Assembly: GCA_038087875.1 (NCBI GenBank)
Contig: CM075999.1
Span: forward strand, 434,001 to 498,000
Direction: 5' to 3'
DNA: 64,000 nucleotides
DNA from: Malacoraja senta
Taxonomy: Eukaryota
Made by a program: the position numbers and the translations under genes. Below the pieces are notes generated by a model. That model had not been told where the DNA came from, did no database searches, and saw nothing but the letters and a program-made list of their open reading frames with translations. Positions 23,101-35,100 of the stretch are shown in pieces. Position 1 is the first letter of the stretch. Each line of letters starts with the position of its first letter.

Positions 23101-26100
23101 CCCTCCGGCAAAATCATGTCCGTTATTTGACTTTTCTGTTGAGCGGCATTCGGTTGGTTGGCTTGTAGGCGACGCAGCCTTTCGGGTAGGTGGCGTTTCG
23201 GTAGAGCGGCATTCGGTGAGTTTGCTTTCGGTTAGTTGCCATTTCGGCTTTGTACGCTTTCGGCTATTTGGGGTTTTGGCTTTATTTCATTTCGGTTATT
23301 TGGCTTCCACTTCTTTGCTTCGGCTTCTCGTTCTTCGATGCCACATCCGGGTACCAGGTACCAGAACATATGAGGTCATGTTCTTCCAGTTTGAGTGTGG
23401 CCTCACTCTGGCAATGGATGAGGCCCAGGACAGACAGTTCGGTTTGGGAATGGGAAGGGGAGGTAAATTGTTTTTGAACCGGGATTTCCAGCAGACATTG
23501 GACAACTCTGCACGTGTTCGCCTAAAAAGTTACCTAGAAACTGTTTGGTCTTTCTGAGGTTTAGGACACCACATACGGTGGAGCAAATGCAGTAGGTGGT
23601 GTTAGTGACTGGTGGGGTGTAAACTACGGATGGGGGGAACTCTATCTTTGCTCTGTCTGGGTGAGGGTGGTGTAAGAGCAGGTCCCTCACTTGGGTGAGG
23701 GATCCATCTGAGAGCCAAGGCTAATCTACATTTACACTAGAAAGAGGCATCTTGGATGTCCTGGATGGGGAATCACATCGTGGTTGAAGATGGGGCGGAG
23801 ACGGATAAATTAAGAGTCAGATTTCTCTAACCATTGCTTAGACACCAGTAATGAGCCACGGCAACATTTCAGCTGTGCTCTTGCTGGCACTGCAAACAAC
23901 TTTGCACTAAATTATTTTACACTTATCACAAATCACTTTTGATATTTCGCAGAGAGGAAATGGTTAACAACGTCAAAGTGACAGCTAAATGTTCATTCCA
24001 AAACGTGTCCACCATGGAACCCATCAACCGAGAAATGATTTACGCTGTATTTAGCGAGAAGACCAATGACATTTCCGCAATGGGGCCATACGTACTGCAA
24101 AGATACAGTCTCTATGTAAACGGTACTTATCAAAATTTCCTCGGTGTTTCTCTTCATATTGTACTTGTTCAATCTACGGTAACTATTGATTTATAATCAT
24201 GTTCTATGGTATATACATAATTAGATTGGGGACAACCAGGTATGATATCCTATGGGATCTGATAAAGCAAAATCATTCACAGTCTTGCTCTTCAGAGCCT
24301 GCCTTTGCACAAACACACTGCCACATTAGTATGACCCACTCACAAAAGGGTTTTCTTCCTTATAAATATTCAAGGAGCAGGTAAAAAAAACTCCTCCATT
24401 AAAAGGTTACATGCTTTTTTAGAAGAAACAAAGTGCTAGAGTAACTCAGTGGGTCAGGCAGCATCACTGGAGAAAGTGAATGGGTGACATTTCAGCCCGA
24501 GGTCCTTCTTCAGACTGATTGTGGGGTGGTGGGGGGAGAAGAAAGCTGTAAGAGAAGGGAGGCAGTACAAAGCATGTCAGTTAATAGGTGCACACGGGTG
24601 AGGTCGAGTTTAGATACGCAGAAGGTGGACAAAGGGTAGAGATGAAAAAACATAAAGTGTGAGGGAAAAGGACTGAAGAGTTGCAAATTTGAAGTCAGAA
24701 AAAGGAATGTATATGGAGGACAAGGGGGAGGATGTTAATAGGTGTGTGTCCAGGTGGGACACAGTGTTGTTGTGGTTGGTGGTTTTTTAAAGTTTGCCTA
24801 AACTTTAACATTTAAAGTTCTACCTATATTTCTCTGTTTGTTTTCAGATTTCAATGTACAGCCCAATGTCAATGGTGAGTTTATATCAAATGCATCAAAT
24901 AATTGACTCACGTTACATTTGTTCTTCTCCATCTGTTACTTAAACTGTAGAAATCCAGTCCTGGGAAACAGTTTAAAAATTATTTGAAAATCGTGGTACT
25001 CACACCATGCTAAATTGCTTACTCTATTTCCACAGTTCCAGTTCCAATCGAAGTAACAAAACCCATTAAATACAATGTGACTTTCATTGTTGACAATCTG
25101 CCTATTGAAGAAATTCAAGCAAAACCTTTAGAAACAGCAACCATGATTGCAAATAAGGTGAGAGAGTTTACCCATTAGTGTTCTGCTGATATGGTACTTA
25201 TTCATCCCCTTTTTAATGTCTCATTCTAACACAATTTTTCTTGCCCTCAGCTCACAGACCTGTTTGAGAGCAGCAGCATCAATGCAACATTCATAAAATG
25301 TGCCGTGAAATCATTCAGGTAACTTACAATATCTTTCTGATTAAATCATGAAAATTGCATTCCTTTATCTCCAAATTGTGAATGCACAGTGATTCCAAAT
25401 GGTAAACATGATAATCTCATGAACACATTTCCTACAAATATCAGTGCAAAGTCAATATAAATTCTAATACAAAAAGAAACGATGAGATGGATCATCTCAG
25501 CGGGTCAGTCGGCAAATCAGGAGAACATAGCTTGGAAGAGTTTTGGGTCGGGCCCTTCTTGAGACTGATTGCAGTACGGGATGAGAAAGCTGCAAGAGAG
25601 GTGGAAAGGGAATGACACAGTGTGGCAAGTGATAGGAGGATACAAGTGATGGGGAGGGAGCAGTTGATTGGCAAATGCTTGCTGAAAATCCAGAGATGAA
25701 AAGACAAAAGGTTCAATATAGGGAGTTAGGCATGGAAGTCAAAATAATTATGAAGCCAGAGGAAGCAAAGTGGAATGGGAGAATGGGGAGTGGGGATGGA
25801 GGGGAGAGGGAAAATGGGTGCACATTCAGCTGTAGCGCAGGGAAGAGTGGGGAGAAATTGGGGGGGAGAGGGGGGGCATTTGTAGGTTAAAACGTTAAAT
25901 TGAACAACTCAATGTTCATATAGTTACTTTGTAGGTTGTCACATAGAATTATTCACATTGTTAGGCTCCAAACCTACACATCAGATTATGACTAAGAAAG
26001 AACTGCAGATGCTGGTAAAATCGAAGGTAGATACAAAATGCTGGAGTAACGCAGCAGGTGAGGCAGCATCTCTAGAGAGAAGGAATGGGTGACGTTTCAG

Positions 26101-29100
26101 GCCGAAACCCTTCGAAGGGTCTCGACCCAAGATGTCACCCATTCCTTCTCTCCAGAGATACTGCCTCACCCGCTGAGTTACTCCAGCATTTTGTGTCTAC
26201 ATCTAATTATGAGGTGCTTTTCCTCCAGCTTAAATGTGGTTCCCCTCTGGCTATCGATGAGGCTCGACACAGACACGTCGTTATGGGAATGGGTAGGTTT
26301 GGGAGTATAAATGTTTTGCAACTGGGAAATCGAGCAGACCTTGGTCAACCCTGCACCTGTTCGGAAAAAGAATGTCACCTAGACGATGTTTGGACTTGCC
26401 GCTGTAAAGGAGACCACATCTAGAGCAGCAAATACAGGAGATGGGTTTAGGGACTGGTGTGTGAAATCTAAGAATGAGGGGAACTTTATCCTTGGTCAGC
26501 GTGGGTGAGGGGGATGCAAGAGCAGCCAATCAGCCACAGCAACATTTCAGCTGTGCTCTTTCTAACATTGCAACTACTTTGCACTAAATTCGTTTTATAA
26601 ATGTCTTTTGCTTTTTTGCAGAGAGGTCATGGCTAACAGTACCAGAGTGACAGCTGATTGTACATTCCAAAATGTATCCACCATGGAACCCATCAAGCAA
26701 GAAGTGGTTTATGATGTATTTAGAGAGAGGACCCATAACATTACTGCACTGGGACAATATCCATTGCAAAGCGACAGCCTCCATGTAGAAGGTACTTATC
26801 AAAATAATCCTCAATTTTTTTCTATGTATTCTTTTACATGCAATCTACCGTAGATGTTGACGGAGTCAAGTCCTTTGGTAATTACATATTCAGATCCGGG
26901 AGGATCAGGTATGATGTCCGATGGGCTTTGGGAAAGTGAATCTTGAAGTCATTCATGAAAGTCATCCTGACTAACAGGAGGGAGAAATAGGCACGAGTCC
27001 AGTTGGGTCACCGGAGAGGGAGGTGGGGTGGGGTGCGATTTGTCCGAGGATACTTAAAATTGGAAAACTCAAAATTCATACTGTTGGTTGTAAACTGTCT
27101 TTGTTTGTTTCTTTGCTTCCAGGTTACACAATGCAGCCCATTGTCATTGGTGAGTTTGGGCTTCCATTGAATTGTTTCGGGTTTCTTTGGTTATTCACTG
27201 CTTTCATGACTCATCCAGCACCCATATTCTGCAAGAATATTCGTAGAAACTCGTAAAATGATACCTTGCCCTTTGCTTACAAATACAATCTTGATTGAGA
27301 AATGAATGAATTGAAAACTTTCCTTGCTGTTCGCAAGGTATTTTTTAACAAAAGCAATTTTGATACTGATTTCTCTGCCAAAGCTAGATACAATCCACCA
27401 ATTTTCCAGTCGACTTCTTGTGCAGAATTTCACTCAAATGTATCAAACAATTGCCTCAGATCACATTTGTTTTTTTGAGGTGATGCTCATCTGCGTCAAA
27501 TTCCATTACAGGGAAACAGTTGTTAAACTATTGAAATATCGTGGTACTTGCAGCATGCTAAATTACTTCCTCTATTTCCACAGTTCCAGTCGACGAATCA
27601 AATCCCACTACTTACAACGTGATGTTCATTGTTGACAGTCTGTCTATTGAAGAAATTCAAGACAACCCCTTACAAACAGCAACCATGATTGCATCTGAGG
27701 TGAGAGAGTTTACAAGTTAGTTTACTGATGATGTTTTACTTCATCGTACCCTTTTTATTTCTCATTCTGACTCAATTATTGTTACTGCCTTCAGCTCACC
27801 GACCTGTTCGAAAATAGCAGTATCAGTGCTACATTCTTGACATGTGTTGTGGAATCCTTCAGGTAACTCAAAATAACTTTCCTATTAAATGATAAAAAAA
27901 CGCATCCTTTAATTTCCAATTGTCAACGCTCAATAATTCCAATTTGCAAACGCATTAAACTCATAAGCAAATTTCCCACAAATATCACGTAGAATTAATA
28001 TAAATTCTACCAGAAAAAAGCACAATGTACTGGAGTCTCCTGGAGATTCAGGCAGCAAATCTGTAAACCCTGGCGAGGCAAAGTTTTGTAGTAGGGGGGT
28101 CCAGTCGTCAGTTTTTTGGTGACCTGTTACGACTATGACAGTCGCCGGCAGTCGCCGAAAATATCGCTTAAGTGGGACAGGCCCATATTGCTCTAAGCTA
28201 CTCCTCGGAATATGAGGTGCTGTTCCTCCAGTTTAAGTGTGGCCTCACTCTGGAAATGGATGAGGCCCAGGACAGACAGTTCGGTTTGGGAAAGGAAAGG
28301 GGAGTTAAAATGTTTTTGAACCGGGATTTCCAGCAGACCTTGGCCGACTGCACGGGTTCGGCGAAAAAGTCACCTAGACACTGTTTGGTCTTGCTAACGT
28401 ATAGGACAACACATAAGGTGCATCAAATGCAGTAGCTGGTGTTAGTGTAAACTAAGGATGGGGTGTAAACTAAGGATGAGGGGAACTCTATCCTTGCTCC
28501 GTCTGGGTGAGAGTGATGTGAGAGCAGATCTAGAGGAGATTCGGGTAAGGGATCCATCTAAAACAGCCAAGGCTAATCTACAGTTACATTAGAAAGATTA
28601 CATCTTGGATGTCCTAGAATGGGAAGTCACATCGTGGGTGAAGATGGGGCGGAGACGGACAAATTGAGTCGTATTGCTCTGAACATTGCTTAGACACCAG
28701 TAATGAGCCACGGCAACATTTCAGCTGTGCTCTTGCTGGCACTTCAAACATCTTTGCACTAAATTATTTTGCACTAAATGTCTTTTGCTTTTTCGCAGAG
28801 AGGAAATGGTTAACAGCTCCAGAGTGACAGCTAAATGTTCATTCCAAAACGTGTCCACCATGGAACCCATCAACCGAGAAGATGTTTATGATGTATTTAG
28901 GGAGAAGACCGATGACATTTCCTCACTGGGGCCATACGAACTGCAAAGCTACAGCCTCTATGTAGACGGTACTTATCAAAATATTCCTTGGTATTTCTCT
29001 TCATATTGTATTTGTGCAATCTACGGTAACTATTGATTTATAGTCAAGTTCCTTGGTATTTACATATTTAGATCAGGAACAACCAGGCATGATATCCTAT

Positions 29101-32100
29101 AGGATCTGAGAAAGCAAACCTTAAAATCATTCACAGTCTTGGTCTTCGGAGCCTGCCTTTGCACAAACACACTGCCTCATAGGTATGACCCACTCTCAAA
29201 AGGGTTTTCTTCCTGATAAATGTTCAATGAGAGGTAAAAAAAATACCACATTAAAAAGTTACATGCTTTTTTAGAAGAATTAAAGTGCTAGAGTAACTCA
29301 GCGGGTCAGGCAGCATCACTGGAGAACGTGAATGGGTGACATTTCAGCCCGAGATCCTTCTTCAGACTGATTGTGGGGTGGTGGGGGGAGAAGAAAGCTG
29401 GAAGAGAAGGGAGGCAGTACAAAGCAAGTCATTAATAGATGAAAACAGGTGAAGTAGAGTTTGGATACACAGAACGTTGGACAAAGGCCAGAGACAAAAA
29501 AACATAAGCGGTCAGGGAAAAGGATTGTAGAGATGCAAATTTGAAGCCAGAAAAACGAATGTAGATGGAGGGCAAGAGGAAGGAGTTTCATTGGTGCATG
29601 CCCAGGTGTTGTTGTGGTTGATGGTTTTTTATAGGTTGCCTAAACTTGAACATTTAAAGTTCTACCTATATTTCTCTGTTTGTTTTCAGATTTCAATGTA
29701 CAGCCCAACGTCAATGGTGAGTTTGTATCAAATGCATCAAACAATTGGCACATGTTACATTTGTTCTTCTCCATCTATTGCATAAACTTTGTAGAAATCC
29801 AGTCCTGGGAAACAATTTTTAAACTCTTTGAAAATCGTGGTACTCACAACATGCTAAATTGCTTACTCTATTTCCACAGTTCCAGTTCCAATCGAGGTAA
29901 CAAATCCCATTGAATACAACGTGACTTTCATTGTTGACAATCTGTCTATTGAAGAAATTCAAGCAAACCCTTCAGAAACAGAAACCATGATTGCAAATAA
30001 GGTGAGAGAGTTTACCAATTAGTTTTCTGCTGATATGGTACTTATTTGTCCCCTTTTTATGTCTCATTCTAACACCATTTTTCTTGCCCTCAGCTCACAG
30101 ACCTGTTTGAGAACAGCAGTATCAATGCAACATTCTTAAAATGTGCTGTGAAATCATTCAGGTAACTTACAATATCTTTCTGTTTAAATCATGAAAATTG
30201 CATTCCTTTGTCACCAAATTGTTAATGCACAGTGATTCCAAATGGTAAAGATGATATTCCCATAAACACATTTCCTACAAATATCAGTGCAAAGTCAATA
30301 TAAATTCTAACAGAAAAAGACACGATGCAGAGAGACAGATGAACTCTGTCTTCAACCCTTGCAGCTGGCTGGTGATCATAGCAAGGGTAGGTGCCGGGAT
30401 TCACCAGGAGGTGAAATGTGTGGGAAGGAATGGCAGATGTTGGTTTACACCGAAGATAGACACAAAATGCTGGAGTAACTCAGTGGGACAGGCAGCATCT
30501 CTGGAAAGAAGGATAGAAGGATGGGAAACATCTCCCATTCCTTCTATTCGGAGATGCTGCCTGTCCCGCTTCTATCTTCAGGATTCACCAGTAACCAGGC
30601 TTGAGTCGACCAAATAAGATAAAAAATCTTTCAACTGAAGTCACTATTACAGTAATGGCGATTTCAGGAAAAAGAGCAATCTTCACAAAAGAAGTGAGAT
30701 ACTGACCACAACGGGGTATTGATTGGGGACGATCAGCCATGATCACAATGAATGGCGGTGCTGGCTAGAAGGGCCGAATGGCCTCCTCCTTCACCTATTT
30801 TCTATGTTTCTATGTTTCTATGATGTGCTCGAGTATCTCAGCGGGTCCGTCGGCATATCTGGAGAACATGGCTTGGCGGAGTTTTGGGTTGGGCCCTTCT
30901 CAGACTGATTGCAGTCGGGGTGAGAAAGCTGCAAGAGAGGTGGAAAGGGGATGACAACGTGTGGCAAGTGATGCGAGGATATGTGATGGGGAGGGTGCAG
31001 TTGATTGGCAAATGGTTGCTGAAATCTCCAGAGATGAAAAGATAAAAGGTTCAATACAGGGAATTAGGCATAGAAGTCAAATTAATTATGAAAGTTGAGG
31101 AAGCATAGTGGAAGGGGAGAATGGAGGGAGGGGACGGGTGGAAGGGAAAGCGGAAAATGGGTGCATATTCAGGTGTAGCACAGGGAAGAGTCGGGGAAAT
31201 TGATGGGGAAGGGGGGCATTTGTAGGTTGACACGTAAAATTGAACAACTCATTTTTCATACAGTTAGTTTGTAGGTCACGTAAAATTATTCATATTGTTA
31301 GGCTCCAAACATACACATCATATTATGAGGTGCTTTTCCTCCAGCTTAAATGTGGTCTCTTACTGGCTATCGATCAGGCTCGACACAGACACGTTGATAT
31401 GGGAATGGGAAGGGTAGTTAAAATGTTTTGCAACCGGGAAACCCAGCAGACCTTGGTCGACCCTGCACCTGTGCGGAAATAAATGGTCACCTAGATGATG
31501 CTGGGATATAAAGGAGACCACATCTAGAGCAGCAAATGCAGGAGATGGGTTTAGAGACTGGTCTGTGACTTTTAAGAATGAGGGGCACTCTCTCCTGGGT
31601 CAGTCTGGGTGAAGGGGATGCAAGAGCAGAAATATAGGAGACGTGGGTGAGGGATCCATCTGAGACAGCACAGGGTAATCCACGTCTACTAAAAAAAGGA
31701 CATATCAGATGCCTAGAATGGGAAAGCATCATCAAATCAGATGCGACGGAGATGAATAAACTGAGTATTGGATTTCTCTGACAATTACTTCTACCGCTGT
31801 AAAAAGCCACAGCAACATTTCAGGTGTGCTCTTTCTAACATTGCAACTACTTTGCACTAAATTCTTTTTATAAATGTCTTTTACTTTTTTGCAGAGAGGT
31901 CATGGCTAACAGCACCAGAGTGACAGCTGATTGTTCATTCCAAAATGTATCCACCATGGAACCCATCAAGCAAGAAGTGGTTTATGATGTATTTAGAGAG
32001 AGGACCCATAACATTACTGCACTGGGACAATATCCATTGCAAAGCGACAGCCTCCATGTAGAAGGTACTTATCAAAATAATCCTCAATTTTTTTGTATGT

Positions 32101-35100
32101 ATTCTTTTACATGCAATCTACCGTAGATGTTGACGGAGTCACGTCCTTTGGTAATTACATATTCAGATCCGGGAGAATCAGGTATGATATCCGATGGGCT
32201 TTGGGAAAGTCAATCTTGAAGTCATTCATGAAAGTCATCCTGACTAACAGGAGGGAGAAATAGGCACGAGTCCAGTTGGGTCACCGGAGAGGGAGGTGGG
32301 GTGGGGTGCGATTTGTTCGAGGATACTTAAAATTGGAAAACTCAAAGTTCATACTGTTGAATGTAAACTGTCTTTGTTTGTTTCTTTGCTTCCAGGTTAC
32401 ACAATGCAGCCCGTTGTCATTGGTGAGTTTGGGCTTCCATTGAATTGTTTCGGGTTTCTTTGTTTATTCACTGCTTTCATGACTGATCCAGCACCCATAT
32501 TCTGCAAGAATATTCGTTGAAACTCGTGAAATGATGCCTTGCCCTTTGCTCACAAATACAATCTTGATTGAGAAATGAATGAATTGAAAACTTTCCTTGC
32601 TGTTCGCAAGGTATTTTTTAACAAAAGCAATTTTGATACCGATTTCTCTGCCAAAGCTAGATACAATCCACAAATTTTCCAGTCGACATCTTGTGCAGAA
32701 TTTCACTCAAATGTATCAAACAATTGCCTCAGATCACATTTGTTTTTTTGTGGTGTTGCTCAACTGCGTCAAATTCCATTACAGGGAAACAGTTGTTAAA
32801 CTATTGAAATATCGTGGTACTTGCAGCATGCTAAATTACTTCCTCTATTTCCACAGTTCCAGTCGAGGAATCAAATCCCACTACTTACAACGTGATGTTC
32901 ATTGTTGACAGTCTGTCTATTGAAGAAATTCAAGACAACCCCTTACAAACAGCAACCATGATTGCATCTGAGGTGAGAGAGTTTACAAGTTAGTTTACTG
33001 ATGATGTTTTACTTCATCGTACCCTTTTTATTTCTCATTCTGACTCAATTATTGTTACTGCCTTCAGCTCACCGACCTGTTCGAAAATAGCAGTATCAAT
33101 ACTACATTCTTGACATGTGTTGTGGAATCCTTCAGGTAACTCAAAATAACTTTCCTATTAAATGATAAAAAAAACCATCCTTTAATTTCCAATTGTTAAC
33201 GCTCAATAATTCCAATTTGCAAACGCATTAAACTCATAAGTAAATTTCCCACAAATATCACGTAGAATTAATATAAATTCTACCAGAAAAAAGCACATTG
33301 TACTGGAGTCTCCTGGTGAGTCAGGCAGCAAATCTGTAAACCCTGGCGAGGCAAAGTTTTGTAGTAGGGGGGTCCAGTCGTCAGTTTTTTGGTGACCTGT
33401 TACGACTATGACAGTCGCCGGCAGTCGCCGAAAATATCGCTTAAGTGGGACAGGCCCATATTGCTCTAAGCTACTCCTCGGAATATGAGGTGCTGTTCCT
33501 CCAGTTTAAGTGTGGCCTCACTCTGGAAATGGATGAGGCCCAGGACAGGCAGTTCGGTTTGGGAAAGGAAAGGGGAGTTAAATTGTTTTTGAACCGGGAT
33601 TTCCAGCAGACCTTGGCCGACTGCATGGGTTCGGCGAAAAAGTCACCTAGACACTGTTTGGTCTTGCTAACGTATAGGACACCACATAAGGTGCATCAAA
33701 TGCAGTAGCTGGTGTTAGTGACAGGTGGGGTGTAAACTAAGGATGAGGGGAACTCTATCCTTTCTCCGTCTGGGTGAGAGTGATGTGAGAGCAGATCTAG
33801 AGGAGATTCGGGTAAGGGATCCATCTAAAACAGCCAAGGCTAATCTACTGTTACATTAGAAAGATTACATCTTGGATGTCCTAGAATGGGAAGTCACATC
33901 ATGGGTGAAGATGGGGCGGAGACGGACAAATTGAGTCGGATTGCTCCGAACATTGCTTAGACACCAGTAATGAGCCACGGCAACATTTCAGCTGTGCTCT
34001 TGCTGGCACTTCAAACATCTTTGCACTAAATTATTTTGCACTAAATGTCTTTTGCTTTTTCGCAGAGAGGAAATGGTTAACAGCACCAGAGTGACAGCTA
34101 AATGTTCATTCCAAAACGTGTCCACCATGGAACCCATCAACCGAGAAGATGTTTATGATGTATTTAGGGAGAAGACCGATGACATTTCCTCACTGGGGCC
34201 ATACGAACTGCAAAGCTACAGCCTCTATGTAGACGGTACTTATCAAAATATTCCTTGGTATTTCTCTTCATATTGTATTTGTGCAATCTACGGTAACTAT
34301 TGATTTATAGTCAAGTTCCTTGGTATTTACATATTTAGATCAGGAACAACCAGGCATGATATCCTATAGGATCTGAGAAAGCAAACCTTAAAATCATTCA
34401 CAGTCTTGCTCTTCGGAGCCTGCCTTTGCACAAACACACTGCCTCATTGGTATGACCCACTCTCAAAAGCGTTTTCTTCCTGATAAATGTTCAAGGAGAG
34501 GTAAAAAAAATACCCCATTAAAAAGTTACATGCTTTTTTAGAAGAATTAAAGTGCTAGAGTAACTCAGCGGGTCAGGCAGCATCACTGGAGAACGTGAAT
34601 GGGTGACATTTCAGCCCGAGATCCTTCTTCAGACTGATTGTGGGGTGGTGGGGGGAGAAGAAAGCTGGAAGAGAAGGGCGGCAGTACAAAGCAAGTCATT
34701 AATAGGTGAACACACGTGAAGTAGAGTTTGGATACACAGAAGGTTGGACAAAGGGTAGAGACAAAAAAAACATAAGGGGTCAGGGAAAAGGATTGTAGAG
34801 ATGCAAATTTGAAGCCAGAAAAAGGAATGTAGATGGAGGGCAAGGGGGAGGAGTTTCATCGGTGCGTGCCCAGGTGTTGTTGTGGTTGATGGGTTTTTAA
34901 AGGTTGCCTAAACTTGAACATTTAAAGGTCTACCTATATTTCTCTGTTTGTTTTCAGATTTCAATGTACAGCCCAATGTCAATGGTGAGTTTGTATCAAA
35001 TGCATCAAACAATTGGCACATGTTACATTTGTTCTTCTCCATCTATTGTATAAACTTTGTAGAAATCCAGTCCTGGGAAACAATTTTTAAACTCTTTGAA

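Larger units (their letters stand above)
1..26600. repeat. Tandem array family 1, X-Y unit of ~6.1-6.2 kb, ~4.3 copies
   Basis: Homologous exon starts 1977, 8220, 14379, 20543, 26622 give periods 6243, 6159, 6164, 6079. Confidence 0.95.
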
